A DNA stretch of 64,000 bases from a bacterium (GTDB lineage Bacteria > Sumerlaeota > Sumerlaeia > MVZB01), in assembly GCA_021372575.1 (NCBI GenBank), contig JAJFUE010000185.1:14018-78017 (forward strand). Reading direction: 5' to 3'. The translations under genes and the position numbers were made by a program. Below, piece by piece: positions 28,746 to 38,484 of the stretch (its first letter is position 1; every line of letters starts with the position of its first letter). The notes under the pieces are model-generated. The model was not told where the DNA came from. It worked only from the letters and a program-made list of their open reading frames with translations, and did not search any database.

Positions 28746-29591
28746 ATGAAAGCCAATTTCGTCAGGTCATGCATGATAGCGCTCGCCTTGCTCTCGCTGC
28801 ATAATTTTGCATGCGCCGGCTGGGACACCACCGTGTATGGACCATCATTCTCTGTGAATGTTGCAGGTTATGACGGAGGAGGTGTCCCAGGTGACTCTTG
28901 GTGGCAAAATTCATGGGGGGAATCCACACAAACCAACACACTCTATTATTGCGTGGTGATTATGGAAGGTGCGGTAGAAGTCTCGGACCCGAATGAGCCG
29001 CTGGAAGCCACGACGGAAGGGTATGCATCCTTTGATCGATCCATTCATGAAACTTGGTCCGGTTTGGAACCGCCTACATGTCGGACCGTTTCTGATGATT
29101 TCGAATGCACCGGCACAGAATACATTTGTGTCAATGTGGTTGGCGGCAGTTCCGATGGCAAAGCAGATGGATGGGGACAATCCGCATGCTATTTGTCCCC
29201 TGAAGACCGGTATCTTGGAACCATATTTGACATGTTCAACTTGGAAGTAACGAAGGAGATGACAACGACTGAACTCAAAGCTGGATACTATCACGATTCC
29301 AGCGCTAATCCGGATGTTGTATGGGAAACCAATAATCCCTATGTATATACTGACACCACTGTAACATCGCGTTATGGTGCTTATAACAGTTATAAGGAAC
29401 AGTATAATCCGGATTCCTCAGATGTGGAAGGTTACGCCAACTACCACTGTGCTGGATCCTATTCGACGTACACCAATTCATCTTCCTACAAAAATGACCA
29501 TGGGTATTCATGGGCAAGTGGAAGTGTCCTGGCAACTGCCGGTGGATCCGGTGACTTCTTATCGCTGTCTTCGGTCAGTGTCGCCAAATGA
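28746..29591 (+). CDS. Secreted hypothetical protein, Cys-containing with Y/S/N-rich C-terminus
   Basis: Signal peptide ALALLSLHNFACA|G. GGAG lies before the ATG. Low-GC gene with no recognisable family. Confidence 0.6.
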   Translation: MKANFVRSCMIALALLSLHNFACAGWDTTVYGPSFSVNVAGYDGGGVPGDSWWQNSWGESTQTNTLYYCVVIMEGAVEVSDPNEPLEATTEGYASFDRSIHETWSGLEPPTCRTVSDDFECTGTEYICVNVVGGSSDGKADGWGQSACYLSPEDRYLGTIFDMFNLEVTKEMTTTELKAGYYHDSSANPDVVWETNNPYVYTDTTVTSRYGAYNSYKEQYNPDSSDVEGYANYHCAGSYSTYTNSSSYKNDHGYSWASGSVLATAGGSGDFLSLSSVSVAK

Positions 29592-29609
29592 TCGTTAATT
29601 GGATGTCGA

Positions 29610-29640
29610 GGTACTGCCACCGCTATGCGGTGGCAGTACC
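29610..29640 (+). terminator. Perfect 14-bp hairpin after the secreted-protein gene (no U-tract)
   Basis: GGTACTGCCACCGC-TAT-GCGGTGGCAGTACC. Confidence 0.45.
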
Positions 29641-29756
29641 TGCATATAAGTGCCCATAAATTATATATGTTCAACACATCATTTCTCAGATAAGGTGAGC
29701 ATAATACCGTGCTTTTGACGGTGCTGAAAAGTCGATTATTAAGTTGGAGCTGTCCA

Positions 29757-31523
29757 ATGCTTTTACATAGAACTTCTATGTTGTTGGCTCTGTCAACCAT
29801 CATTCATGCATTCTCTTTGTCATCTTTTTCTTATGCGGTCGAAGTAAATGCGGGCTATAATGGCGGGCCCAAAGGCGTTCACAGTGCGCTCAATGAAAAA
29901 ACGAGCGACATTCGCTCCAAGTTGCAGCAAGTTTTCGAACAGGAAGATTGCACCTTTTTGCTCGCAAAGAAGGAATCCATGGATTCCTTCATGCTGCCCG
30001 TGTTCCTTCCTTTCGAAATGCAACTGAATTCGCCTGATTATTGCCGGGTGCTGCGATTCGAATATGCAGATAGGCCAGTCACTTATCAAGATAATGGCGC
30101 CTTTGCCATTTTCATCAATAATTTGTTCCAGATAAAGAGCATGCGTGACGATCAAGTTCTTGAATACGATTTACGCCAGTCTCGCCATCCATATATTTCG
30201 ACGGAGTACCCGGTTACGTTGCAATCGACCGCGCGATTAACGAAGGACAGCTGCATACTGGATACGACCTGGTACGAACCATATCTGGCAAACCGCGGTC
30301 TTGATTTTACAGCTCATCCTGAGTGTTTGCGGTACGGGTGGGATCGATCCTCACTGATTATGTGGCCACGCTCAACGAATGACGCTCCGATCGTTGAAAA
30401 AATATCCTCGAAGGAGCTCCTATTTGATAATCCAGCTTATATCTATTCACTACTGGACTCGTTGCGGATGCAGAAGGTCGTTTTTCGCGATAATATCAAG
30501 GCTGAAAGCACATCGAGTACGACATCTCGCATCGTAACCGCGGATGGGCGGATCGTGAGAGAGTTTCAAATCACCCATACGGGCTCCGGGAATTATAACA
30601 TCACTATCGTGCAAAAGCCCGTTTTGTTAAATCACAAGTCCTCAAAGATTGCTCACATCAAAAAAGAAACTGGGGGAAAGACGCTAGGGACCGAAAAATT
30701 CCAACCTTCCGCTGATGTGACCTACCTGGGCAGCGGGCGAACGGTAAACATATCATTTGTTGAATGCGTCCAACTTGGGAATAAGCTATTCCCCCATGAA
30801 ATATCTGTCAAGGCGAATGGTCTCACGCTTTATGAGGCCGAAATATTGAATGCTCGACTTGCAAGCAGTACAAAGACGACGTTCGATACGGATGCCCTTA
30901 CCTCAGCGAGCGAAGTTGCAAGAACCAAGAACTTATATAAAATGATCAATGCCCGACAAAAAGGCGACGTTCAGTTGTACTCGGAAAGGGAACTGACCGA
31001 ACCGACCGACGGCCTAACGGCTCGACGTCGCATTAAATTCAACATCATCGCCGCTTCGCATTCCAATAATTTCGAAGTGTTGGATTACACATTACGTGAA
31101 TACAACAACAGGTTAAAAGCAGATCGGTGTAACCCAGTTAACTACGTTTACAGTCTTGAAGCAATCACCGAGCTTGGCTATCGCTATTGCAATCGCGAAG
31201 CTGGAGATCGCTTGGCGTTTGGTTATCTTTCCGACGCATATCGTCAATGCACAGACCAGGAATTGAAAGAGCATGTTATCAGGTTGTTGGATCAGTACCG
31301 CTTGGGTTATGCCCTCATCGCGCTCGACGTCCTGGGCGGGCGAAAACCAACCAATCCAACTGTTGCGGGATGGACGATTACCACAAGAAAGTTTATCATT
31401 AACGTGTTAAACGGAGATGACAAGAACTTCGCAAAACCGGAATATCCCGGATTGAAAGAGATGGAAATCTTAAACGAGACCATATTCGATACTTATAATA
31501 TTCGGAAAGGATCAAAGTCATAA
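29757..31523 (+). CDS. Secreted hypothetical protein (~590 aa)
   Basis: Signal peptide MLLHRTSMLLALSTIIHAFSLSSFSYA|VE. GGAG lies 8 nt before the ATG. Low GC, no recognisable family. Confidence 0.6.
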   Translation: MLLHRTSMLLALSTIIHAFSLSSFSYAVEVNAGYNGGPKGVHSALNEKTSDIRSKLQQVFEQEDCTFLLAKKESMDSFMLPVFLPFEMQLNSPDYCRVLRFEYADRPVTYQDNGAFAIFINNLFQIKSMRDDQVLEYDLRQSRHPYISTEYPVTLQSTARLTKDSCILDTTWYEPYLANRGLDFTAHPECLRYGWDRSSLIMWPRSTNDAPIVEKISSKELLFDNPAYIYSLLDSLRMQKVVFRDNIKAESTSSTTSRIVTADGRIVREFQITHTGSGNYNITIVQKPVLLNHKSSKIAHIKKETGGKTLGTEKFQPSADVTYLGSGRTVNISFVECVQLGNKLFPHEISVKANGLTLYEAEILNARLASSTKTTFDTDALTSASEVARTKNLYKMINARQKGDVQLYSERELTEPTDGLTARRRIKFNIIAASHSNNFEVLDYTLREYNNRLKADRCNPVNYVYSLEAITELGYRYCNREAGDRLAFGYLSDAYRQCTDQELKEHVIRLLDQYRLGYALIALDVLGGRKPTNPTVAGWTITTRKFIINVLNGDDKNFAKPEYPGLKEMEILNETIFDTYNIRKGSKS

Positions 31524-32644
31524 TGAAGACCAATAGTATATATTGCGCCATCCTGGCTATTAGTATATTTATTTTATCAAATAATACAAGGGCTGCCAAC
31601 CATACAATTGTCAGCGACATGTCCAGTGTGATCGGGCAGTCAAAGCTCTCCGATACAAAGAAGGAAATGCTGGTTTCTACACTCAAGGATGTGCTCCTGT
31701 CGGCTCCGGAACTAGATGCAGACAAAAAAAAGACGGCAAAGAGCAATCTCAATATGTACATGTCCGAGAAAATAATGCGGCAGATTGAATGTACCGATGA
31801 ACAATTTAATGTTGTTGCGAAGACATTCAGATACGATCTCGAGAATTATGTTTCCTTGCCAGCAATCAATGATGCGCAGAGAACAGGATCGCTGAAACAA
31901 ATCGATCAACTGAAGAGTATCACGAAGCAATTCATTGAAGAATCATATCCTAATAAGACTTCGGCCGCAAAGAATGAAATATATTCTTTTATTGATAACC
32001 GCCTTACGCAAGATTCCGGAAGGATCGGCAACTATTTGTATCCTTATTTCCTGTATCCCAAAGGGGATGAAGCACCACGCAACGAGCTTGTCGCTGCATT
32101 GAGGAAGTCCATAACCAGCAAGGACAATATCGCCCTGCCTACCATTGTTGAATCATCAAGAATGTACGGTGCAATTCAGAGCGTATTAATCAAAATGTTC
32201 ACCATCGAGAAGGCTCGTAAGGATAATAAATTCAAAGCGGTCCCAAAAGAGTTGTCGAACGAACAAAGAACCTTGTACCAGGAATTACTTAAAACATCAA
32301 AGGCAAAACAAGAGCAGCTTAAGAAACAATTTAAATATCATGAAGTGGTAATGGGAATATCTGCTGGCGCTTCATTCAACAACATTGTCAACGGCATGAA
32401 TGTGGATAAGGTCATGCCCGTAGATGCTGAAACAACCAACAATTTGATAAACAAAGCCGATCCGACCATAAACAAGAAATTGGCGAATGCCGCACCTACA
32501 CCAAAAATCATGGCTGCCGAATCCAAGGATTCCGACATAAAATCCAAGTCTTCGAGAAACCTGCTTATTGCACCAGGCATTTTCATCATAGCGGTGGCTG
32601 TTACCGTCATTTTTATCAGGCGGAGGAATTCCCGCATTAATTAA
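31523..32644 (+). CDS. Lys-rich exported protein with N-terminal signal peptide and C-terminal TM anchor
   Basis: Signal peptide ...NNTRA|AN. The C-terminus is LLIAPGIFIIAVAVTVIFIRRRNSRIN. ATGA overlap with the upstream gene. Confidence 0.55.
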   Translation: MKTNSIYCAILAISIFILSNNTRAANHTIVSDMSSVIGQSKLSDTKKEMLVSTLKDVLLSAPELDADKKKTAKSNLNMYMSEKIMRQIECTDEQFNVVAKTFRYDLENYVSLPAINDAQRTGSLKQIDQLKSITKQFIEESYPNKTSAAKNEIYSFIDNRLTQDSGRIGNYLYPYFLYPKGDEAPRNELVAALRKSITSKDNIALPTIVESSRMYGAIQSVLIKMFTIEKARKDNKFKAVPKELSNEQRTLYQELLKTSKAKQEQLKKQFKYHEVVMGISAGASFNNIVNGMNVDKVMPVDAETTNNLINKADPTINKKLANAAPTPKIMAAESKDSDIKSKSSRNLLIAPGIFIIAVAVTVIFIRRRNSRIN

Positions 32645-32799
32645 AGAGGACGATCGTTCATCCAAATCAGTCCAGAATTATTATATAGCTATTTCATGAA
32701 CGGCGTACAAGCCAGATAGCAGAAGCGGGCAATAGTAGGATCGAATAGATGAGTATGAGCCAATTTCATATTATTCTTGTCCGCGGATGTTCCCCATAG

Positions 32800-33063
32800 T
32801 TGTTTTATTTTTTACCAAGATGGCGCCGCCACGATATTTTCGAATCCTCGTGTCAGACGTACGTGAACACCATCAACTGTGTCGGGGTGATAAGGTTCAT
32901 GGATGTCTATCGTTCTGAAGGGATCGCGTCGATCGCATTCCCCTTGCTCGGCGCGGGGCTTGGGGAATTGAATCCGGGGCGGTCACAGGAAATCATGATC
33001 TCTTATCTGGGGAACTGTTCCATACTTGTTGAAATCTTCAGGGGGATTTCCCCGAATGCCTGA
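32800..33063 (+). pseudogene. Macro-domain gene remnant (5'-truncated, ~195-bp internal deletion)
   Basis: SSCQTYVNTINCVGV ... SEGIASIAFPLLGAGLGELNPGRSQEIMISYLGNCSILVEIFRG aligns with the intact copy at 40216-40716. It lacks the central ~65 residues. Confidence 0.7.
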
Positions 33064-33173
33064 GCGGCCATTGACCTGCGCGCCGGATTTATATTGAATA
33101 GCCGGAGAGGCGGACGGCCCGCTTGATGCGAACCCGCAATCCGGCACTCCGAGCAAACGATAAATGGAGGGCG

Positions 33174-35912
33174 ATGGAGTTGGCCGAAGACAAAGAATCT
33201 CAGGTCATCAAGGTATTCGTCTCGAACCGGGATTCGATAAAACATTTGAGCGAATTACGTCTGACACCTTCGGGCCATTTGTGTTGGGAGGCCGCGGATA
33301 ACTCGGCCGAGCCAGGGGCGGCCGTGTCGCTGCACGAAGCCTTCGACGCGGACTGGCGCGAAGGTCTTTTTGTTCTCGCGGCGGAGAAAATCGATGGCGG
33401 GGCCGCCCCCAGCCTGCGTTTCTGGAAAGGGATTGCCGAGCAGTTCCTGACGCGGTTGTGTCAGTTGTCCGATGGGATGAAGATCGATCAGGTTTCGCGA
33501 CCGACCGACGCCGAATGCGCCGAGTGGGTGCTCACGGCGCCGCCGATGCACGGGGGTGAATATTTAACGGCCGAAACGTTGCTCGCGATTTGGAACGGGC
33601 TCGTCGAGTGGAGCGAGGTGGCCATTGGGAGTGCCGGCGGGCTGAACGCTTTTCTCGAGGCGCGTGCGCCGCGCTGGCATCAGGTCGGGCGGGTTTGTTT
33701 TCACCTGGCCGAAAACAAGGCCGATGCGGAGCGGCCGTTCGCGTTCATGGCGACGTACGTCACGGGGTTGGGCGCGGCGGGGCAGGCGCGCCACTTGCCG
33801 CTGCGCCAGGCGCTCGAGCAATACTCGGGGGCGAAGAATCGCACCGCGTTGATCAAGCTTTTATCGCCCGTGCAGGCCGCCGCCGAAAGGATCGATTGGG
33901 TCAAGGCGATGGTCGAGGGCGGCGAGATCTACCGGCCGATGGCGTGGACGGCCGAGCGCGCGTATCGATTTTTACTCTCGGTGGCGGCGCTCGAGGAAAG
34001 CGGGCTGACCGTGCGGCTGCCTGACTGGTGGCGGCGGCGCCCGCGTCCGCGCGTGGCCGTGACGATCGGCGAAAACACGCCCGCGCTCCTGGGCATCGAC
34101 TCGGTGCTGGACTTCAACATGAAAGTGGCGCTGGGCGATGAGCAGTTGACCGAAGAAGAAATACGGGAACTGCTGCGCGGCGGCGACGGGCTGGTGCTGC
34201 TCAAGGGGCAGTGGGTCGAGGTCGATCGCGAAAAACTGCGCGAGGCAATCGATCACTGGCAGGCGCTGCGCGGGCAGGTGCGCGAAGGCAGCGTCACGTT
34301 TATCGAAGGGATGCGGATGCTGGCCGGGGCGTCCGAGGATTTGAGTCACGAACATGAAACGGAAACCGTTCGGCCGTGGGCGCACGTCGAGGCCGGCGAG
34401 GGGCTCAAACACATTCTGGCCGGCTTGCGCGATCCGACGCGGCTGGCGGATTCCAGCGACAATGAAAAACTCTCCGGAACGCTGCGCCCGTATCAGCGCC
34501 GCGGTGTGGCATGGCTCAGTTTTCTATCCGAGCTCGGCCTGGGCGCGTGCCTGGCCGACGACATGGGCCTGGGCAAAACGATCCAGGTGCTGGCCTTGTT
34601 GCTTCGCGACGGGAAGAAGTCCGGGCCGTCGCTGCTGGTTGTGCCGGCCTCGCTATTGGGCAACTGGCACGCCGAGGCGGTGCGGTTCGCCCCGACGCTG
34701 CGTCTGGCCTTCCTGCATCCGGCTGAAGCCGATCGCGACGAATTGAAACGGATCGAGAAGAATCCGGCGAAGGAACTGGCCAGCATCGATCTGGCGGTAA
34801 CGACGTATTCGATGCTGGCGCGGCAGGAATGGTTGCACGGGGTGAAGTGGCGGCTGGTCATTGTCGACGAGGCCCAGGCAATCAAGAATCCGGGCACGAA
34901 CCAATCCCGCACGGTGAAGAAACTGCCGGCGCACGCAAGGATCGCGTTGACGGGAACACCCGTCGAGAACCGCCTCGGCGATCTGTGGTCGATCTTTGAT
35001 TTCCTCAATCCGGGCCTGCTCGGTTCGGCCAAGGTTTTCAAGTCGTTCGTGGGCGAACTCGGCGCGCGCGAACACGATCAATACGCGCCGCTGCGCCGGC
35101 TCGTCGCCCCTTACATCCTGCGCCGCATGAAAACCGACCGCTCGATCATTGCCGACCTGCCGGACAAGGCGGAGACAACGCGCTTCTGCAACCTGACGCG
35201 ACGGCAGGCGCAGCTCTACGAGCAGGTGGTCGGCGCGATGAAGAAATCGCTCGAACAATCCGACGGCATCAAGCGCCGCGCGCTGGTACTGCAGACGCTC
35301 ATGCGGCTCAAACAAATCTGCAATCACCCGAGCCAGGCGACGGGCGACGGCGGCTACGCGGCCGAGGAGAGCGGCAAATTCCAGCGCCTCGCCGAAATTT
35401 GCGAGGAGCTGGCCGAACGCCAGGAGCGCGTGCTCATCTTCACCCAGTTCCGCGAGATCATCGACCCGATGGCCTTGTATCTTGCGCACGTTTTCGGCCG
35501 GCCGGGCCTGACGCTGCACGGTGAAACGAGCGTTGCCAAACGCAAAGGGCTCGTCGAGCAATTTCAGCGCGATGATGGGCCGCCGTTTTTCGTGCTGTCG
35601 CTCAAGGCCGGCGGCACGGGGCTCAATTTGACCGCCGCCAGCCACGTGATCCATTTCGATCGCTGGTGGAATCCGGCCGTTGAGGATCAGGCCACCGACC
35701 GCGCATTCCGCATCGGCCAGAAACGCAACGTGCTCGTGCACAAGTTCGTCACGAGCGGCTCGGTCGAGGAGCGCATCGACCAAATGATCGGCGACAAGCG
35801 CAGGATGGCCGCGGAAATTTTATCGGGCGGCGGCGAAGTCGACCTGACCAGCCTGAGCAACGATGAACTGATTGACCTGGTGCGGCTTGATGTCACCCGC
35901 GCGGTGGTGTAA
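33174..35912 (+). CDS. SNF2-family helicase (SWIM-associated type) with a chimeric 5' end
   Basis: LADDMGLGKTIQ (motif I), VIVDEAQAIKN (motif II), LTGTPVENRL, helicase-C motifs LSLKAGGTGLNLTAASHVIHFDRWWNPAVEDQATDRAFRIGQ. The first ~20 codons copy the start of the DUF2293 gene, so the start is uncertain. Confidence 0.85.
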   Translation: MELAEDKESQVIKVFVSNRDSIKHLSELRLTPSGHLCWEAADNSAEPGAAVSLHEAFDADWREGLFVLAAEKIDGGAAPSLRFWKGIAEQFLTRLCQLSDGMKIDQVSRPTDAECAEWVLTAPPMHGGEYLTAETLLAIWNGLVEWSEVAIGSAGGLNAFLEARAPRWHQVGRVCFHLAENKADAERPFAFMATYVTGLGAAGQARHLPLRQALEQYSGAKNRTALIKLLSPVQAAAERIDWVKAMVEGGEIYRPMAWTAERAYRFLLSVAALEESGLTVRLPDWWRRRPRPRVAVTIGENTPALLGIDSVLDFNMKVALGDEQLTEEEIRELLRGGDGLVLLKGQWVEVDREKLREAIDHWQALRGQVREGSVTFIEGMRMLAGASEDLSHEHETETVRPWAHVEAGEGLKHILAGLRDPTRLADSSDNEKLSGTLRPYQRRGVAWLSFLSELGLGACLADDMGLGKTIQVLALLLRDGKKSGPSLLVVPASLLGNWHAEAVRFAPTLRLAFLHPAEADRDELKRIEKNPAKELASIDLAVTTYSMLARQEWLHGVKWRLVIVDEAQAIKNPGTNQSRTVKKLPAHARIALTGTPVENRLGDLWSIFDFLNPGLLGSAKVFKSFVGELGAREHDQYAPLRRLVAPYILRRMKTDRSIIADLPDKAETTRFCNLTRRQAQLYEQVVGAMKKSLEQSDGIKRRALVLQTLMRLKQICNHPSQATGDGGYAAEESGKFQRLAEICEELAERQERVLIFTQFREIIDPMALYLAHVFGRPGLTLHGETSVAKRKGLVEQFQRDDGPPFFVLSLKAGGTGLNLTAASHVIHFDRWWNPAVEDQATDRAFRIGQKRNVLVHKFVTSGSVEERIDQMIGDKRRMAAEILSGGGEVDLTSLSNDELIDLVRLDVTRAVV

Positions 35913-35949
35913 ATGAATTGGGGCTCGATGTTTCAGAAAGGAATGAGCG

Positions 35950-37293
35950 ATGGCTTACTGGGATTATTTCCCCAAATACGTGTCGGTCGCAGCGCGGAAG
36001 GCGAAAGCCAGGAAGGAACTCGAGAAGCTGCGCAAGAAGGGGATCGACATCCAGCCGGTCGCGCTGAACGCCCGCACCATTGCCCGCAGCTTCTGGGGCA
36101 AGGGCTGGTGTGATCATCTGGAATCATTCTCGGATTTTGAAAACCGTCTGCCGCGCGGGCGCTCGTATGTGCGCAACGGCTCGGTCTGCCATCTGGACAT
36201 CAAGCCCGGCCGCATCGAGGCGATGGTCAGCGGCTCCTCGCTTTACAAAATCACAATCAAGATCGAGCCGCTCAAGGCCGCGGCGTGGAAGGCGGTCAAA
36301 GACAAGTGCCGTGGCCGGATCGGCTCGATGCTGGAGCTTCTGCAGGGCCGCCTTTCGGATCACGTGATGGCCGTCGTCAGCGACCGCAAGAATGGCCTCT
36401 TCCCGCAGCCGGGCGAAATCCATCTGGATTGTTCGTGTCCGGATTGGGCGACGATGTGCAAGCACGTGGCCGCCGCGCTCTATGGCGTGGGCAGCCGGCT
36501 GGACAGCCGCCCCGAGCTGCTGTTTATCCTGCGCGGCGTCGATGCCGAGGAACTGATCGCCGCCGAGGTCGCACTGCCTCAGGCCGCCGCGTCCGATGAC
36601 GCCTTGGCCGAGGCCGGCCTCTCCGAAATTTTTGGCATCGAGTTGGACGCGCCCAAACCCAGGGCCAACGGCAAGACCCCCGCGAAAGTAAAAGCGGATC
36701 CGGTTCCGGCAAAACTCGCGCATCGCAACGAAAAATCACCAAAGGCCGGGGACCCAAAACCGATCGCGAAACCGCGCGCGAAAAAATCCAAACGCGTCGC
36801 GCCGACGCGATTCCACCCCGCGTTCGATCTCGCCGCGCCGACCGGCGAGGCTATCGCCCGGCTGCGCGATGAGCTGGGTCTTTCGAATACCGAGTTCGCG
36901 CGAAAGCTGGACGTGACGGCGGCCAGCGTGCATCGTTGGACGCACCATTCGGGCACATTGAAAATTCACGCCCGCCACCTGGTCGCGCTCACCCGGTTGC
37001 AGGAAGTATTCGCAAGCAAAAATAAAAGAACCAAAAAGCCGAGGGAAATCGATCCGTCCTCCTACGTTTGTAGTTGCGGTGCGCGGAGCGATCATTTTGA
37101 GAACACGATCCGCGAAATGAAGGAGAAGAGCAGGCGGCGACGTCAAGCCCTGATCGCCGACGATGACGAACACATGATTATTTTTGAAGGCGGGGAGATG
37201 GTCGCCATGTATTGCCCGAAGGCGGGTCGCGAAATTGCTTGTGCCGGGGCTGCACCCCGCACCGCCAAACCGCGGCCGGCTCGCCGCAAGTAA
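35950..37293 (+). CDS. SWIM zinc-finger protein with C-terminal HTH extension
   Basis: The SWIM motif is CSCPDWATMCKHVAAALYG. The C-terminal part has an XRE-like helix LGLSNTEFARKLDVTAASVHRW and a CxxC-containing tail. Confidence 0.8.
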   Translation: MAYWDYFPKYVSVAARKAKARKELEKLRKKGIDIQPVALNARTIARSFWGKGWCDHLESFSDFENRLPRGRSYVRNGSVCHLDIKPGRIEAMVSGSSLYKITIKIEPLKAAAWKAVKDKCRGRIGSMLELLQGRLSDHVMAVVSDRKNGLFPQPGEIHLDCSCPDWATMCKHVAAALYGVGSRLDSRPELLFILRGVDAEELIAAEVALPQAAASDDALAEAGLSEIFGIELDAPKPRANGKTPAKVKADPVPAKLAHRNEKSPKAGDPKPIAKPRAKKSKRVAPTRFHPAFDLAAPTGEAIARLRDELGLSNTEFARKLDVTAASVHRWTHHSGTLKIHARHLVALTRLQEVFASKNKRTKKPREIDPSSYVCSCGARSDHFENTIREMKEKSRRRRQALIADDDEHMIIFEGGEMVAMYCPKAGREIACAGAAPRTAKPRPARRK

Positions 37294-37314
37294 AGAGACA
37301 AGACGCCGTGCTCC

Positions 37315-38052
37315 TCAACCGTTCAAACCTTTTTTTCGCAATCGGGTTTGTTGATAAGAGGCCGGGGTCTCGCTGACGGCCCAACGGATCGCTTTGGCCG
37401 TGCGGGTGCCGATGCTCGGGATTGTTTCCAATGCTTGTTGACTGGCTGCCATGATCGCTTCAATGCTGCCGAATTTATCGAGCAAGGTACTGGCCCGTTG
37501 CGCGCCAATGCCGGGCAGGCTTTGCAGGATGGCCAGTTGCGTCTTGCGCTTGCCTTTGGGGCGGCGGCCCGGGCGGGGCAGCGCACCGTGGGCAAAAGCG
37601 CGACCCTGCCGCGCGGCGTAGATCATGAGTCGCGCGCTTTCCTCGCCGTCGCGAGCGCGCAAAATCGGCAGGCCGAAAAACAGGCTGAGGGTGATGAGCG
37701 CGCCCTGGATCGCCTCGCGCCGCATGTTGCTGCGCTCCAGGTCCGAGCCGGTTCCTTCCAGAATCAATGCGCCTCGTAACGGTTCGCCCAAGTTGGCCAG
37801 CGCCCACGCTTGGCGAAACAACCGGCCATCCACGATTGACCCGGCAAAATCCAGTAATGTTTTGCGTTCAAACACAAAATGATCGTCGATCACATAATCA
37901 CCCACCTCGAGGCGGGCGGTGGACAACTGCACTTCGGGCATGGCGCTCAAGGCCGCGATGACGGCGTCGGCGGGTTCGCGGTCATCCGCAACCACCCGGA
38001 TTTTGGTCGGAGGCTCATGGTGTTCACCGGTCGAGCTCATCAGGGTCCTCAA
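37315..38052 (-). CDS. ERCC4 (XPF/Hef-type) nuclease with C-terminal (HhH)2
   Basis: VGDYVIDDHFVFERKTLLDFAGSIVDGRLFRQ matches the GDY...ERK...GRL signature. The HhH pair is LQSLPGIGAQRASTLL...LETIPSIGTRTAKAI. Confidence 0.8.
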   Translation of the reverse strand: MRTLMSSTGEHHEPPTKIRVVADDREPADAVIAALSAMPEVQLSTARLEVGDYVIDDHFVFERKTLLDFAGSIVDGRLFRQAWALANLGEPLRGALILEGTGSDLERSNMRREAIQGALITLSLFFGLPILRARDGEESARLMIYAARQGRAFAHGALPRPGRRPKGKRKTQLAILQSLPGIGAQRASTLLDKFGSIEAIMAASQQALETIPSIGTRTAKAIRWAVSETPASYQQTRLRKKGLNG

Positions 38053-38058
38053 ATTTGG

Positions 38059-38484
38059 TTATTGTGTATCCAATAGTTTCTCCGCCAGCGCGGCCACCGG
38101 CGCGAAAGCCCGGTCCAGGTTGAATTCCTCGAAATCTGAGAGGCGCAAAACCGGAATTTGCCGGTTAAGACTGGCGATCGCGTTCTTGATGCTTACGACA
38201 CGCGAACTGCGTTCCTTGCGTGATGCACTCGCCACCATGGGAATCACAAAATCGAGGTCCTCGCTCATCCTGTAAAAATCAGTGTAGATTTTTGCAAGGC
38301 AAGTTCCGCCCTTAAATACGAGCGAATCGCCGGTTGAGGCAAGATACTCCAGTAGAACGGAGCAGTAATAATCCTTCTCGATGAGCCGTGCTGAAAAAGC
38401 GGTCTCGGCGGCTGTGAATGTCAGCGCCTCCTGAAACATCGTGGAATCTTCATGCAAATGAATATTGTATCTATTCGTTGTCAT
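38059..38484 (-). pseudogene. AbiEii/AbiGii-family nucleotidyltransferase toxin, C-terminally truncated
   Basis: FKGGTCLAKIY...RMSEDLDF nucleotidyltransferase motif. Only 141 aa, and from memory family members are roughly twice as long. It ends 7 nt from the ERCC4 start. Confidence 0.6.
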
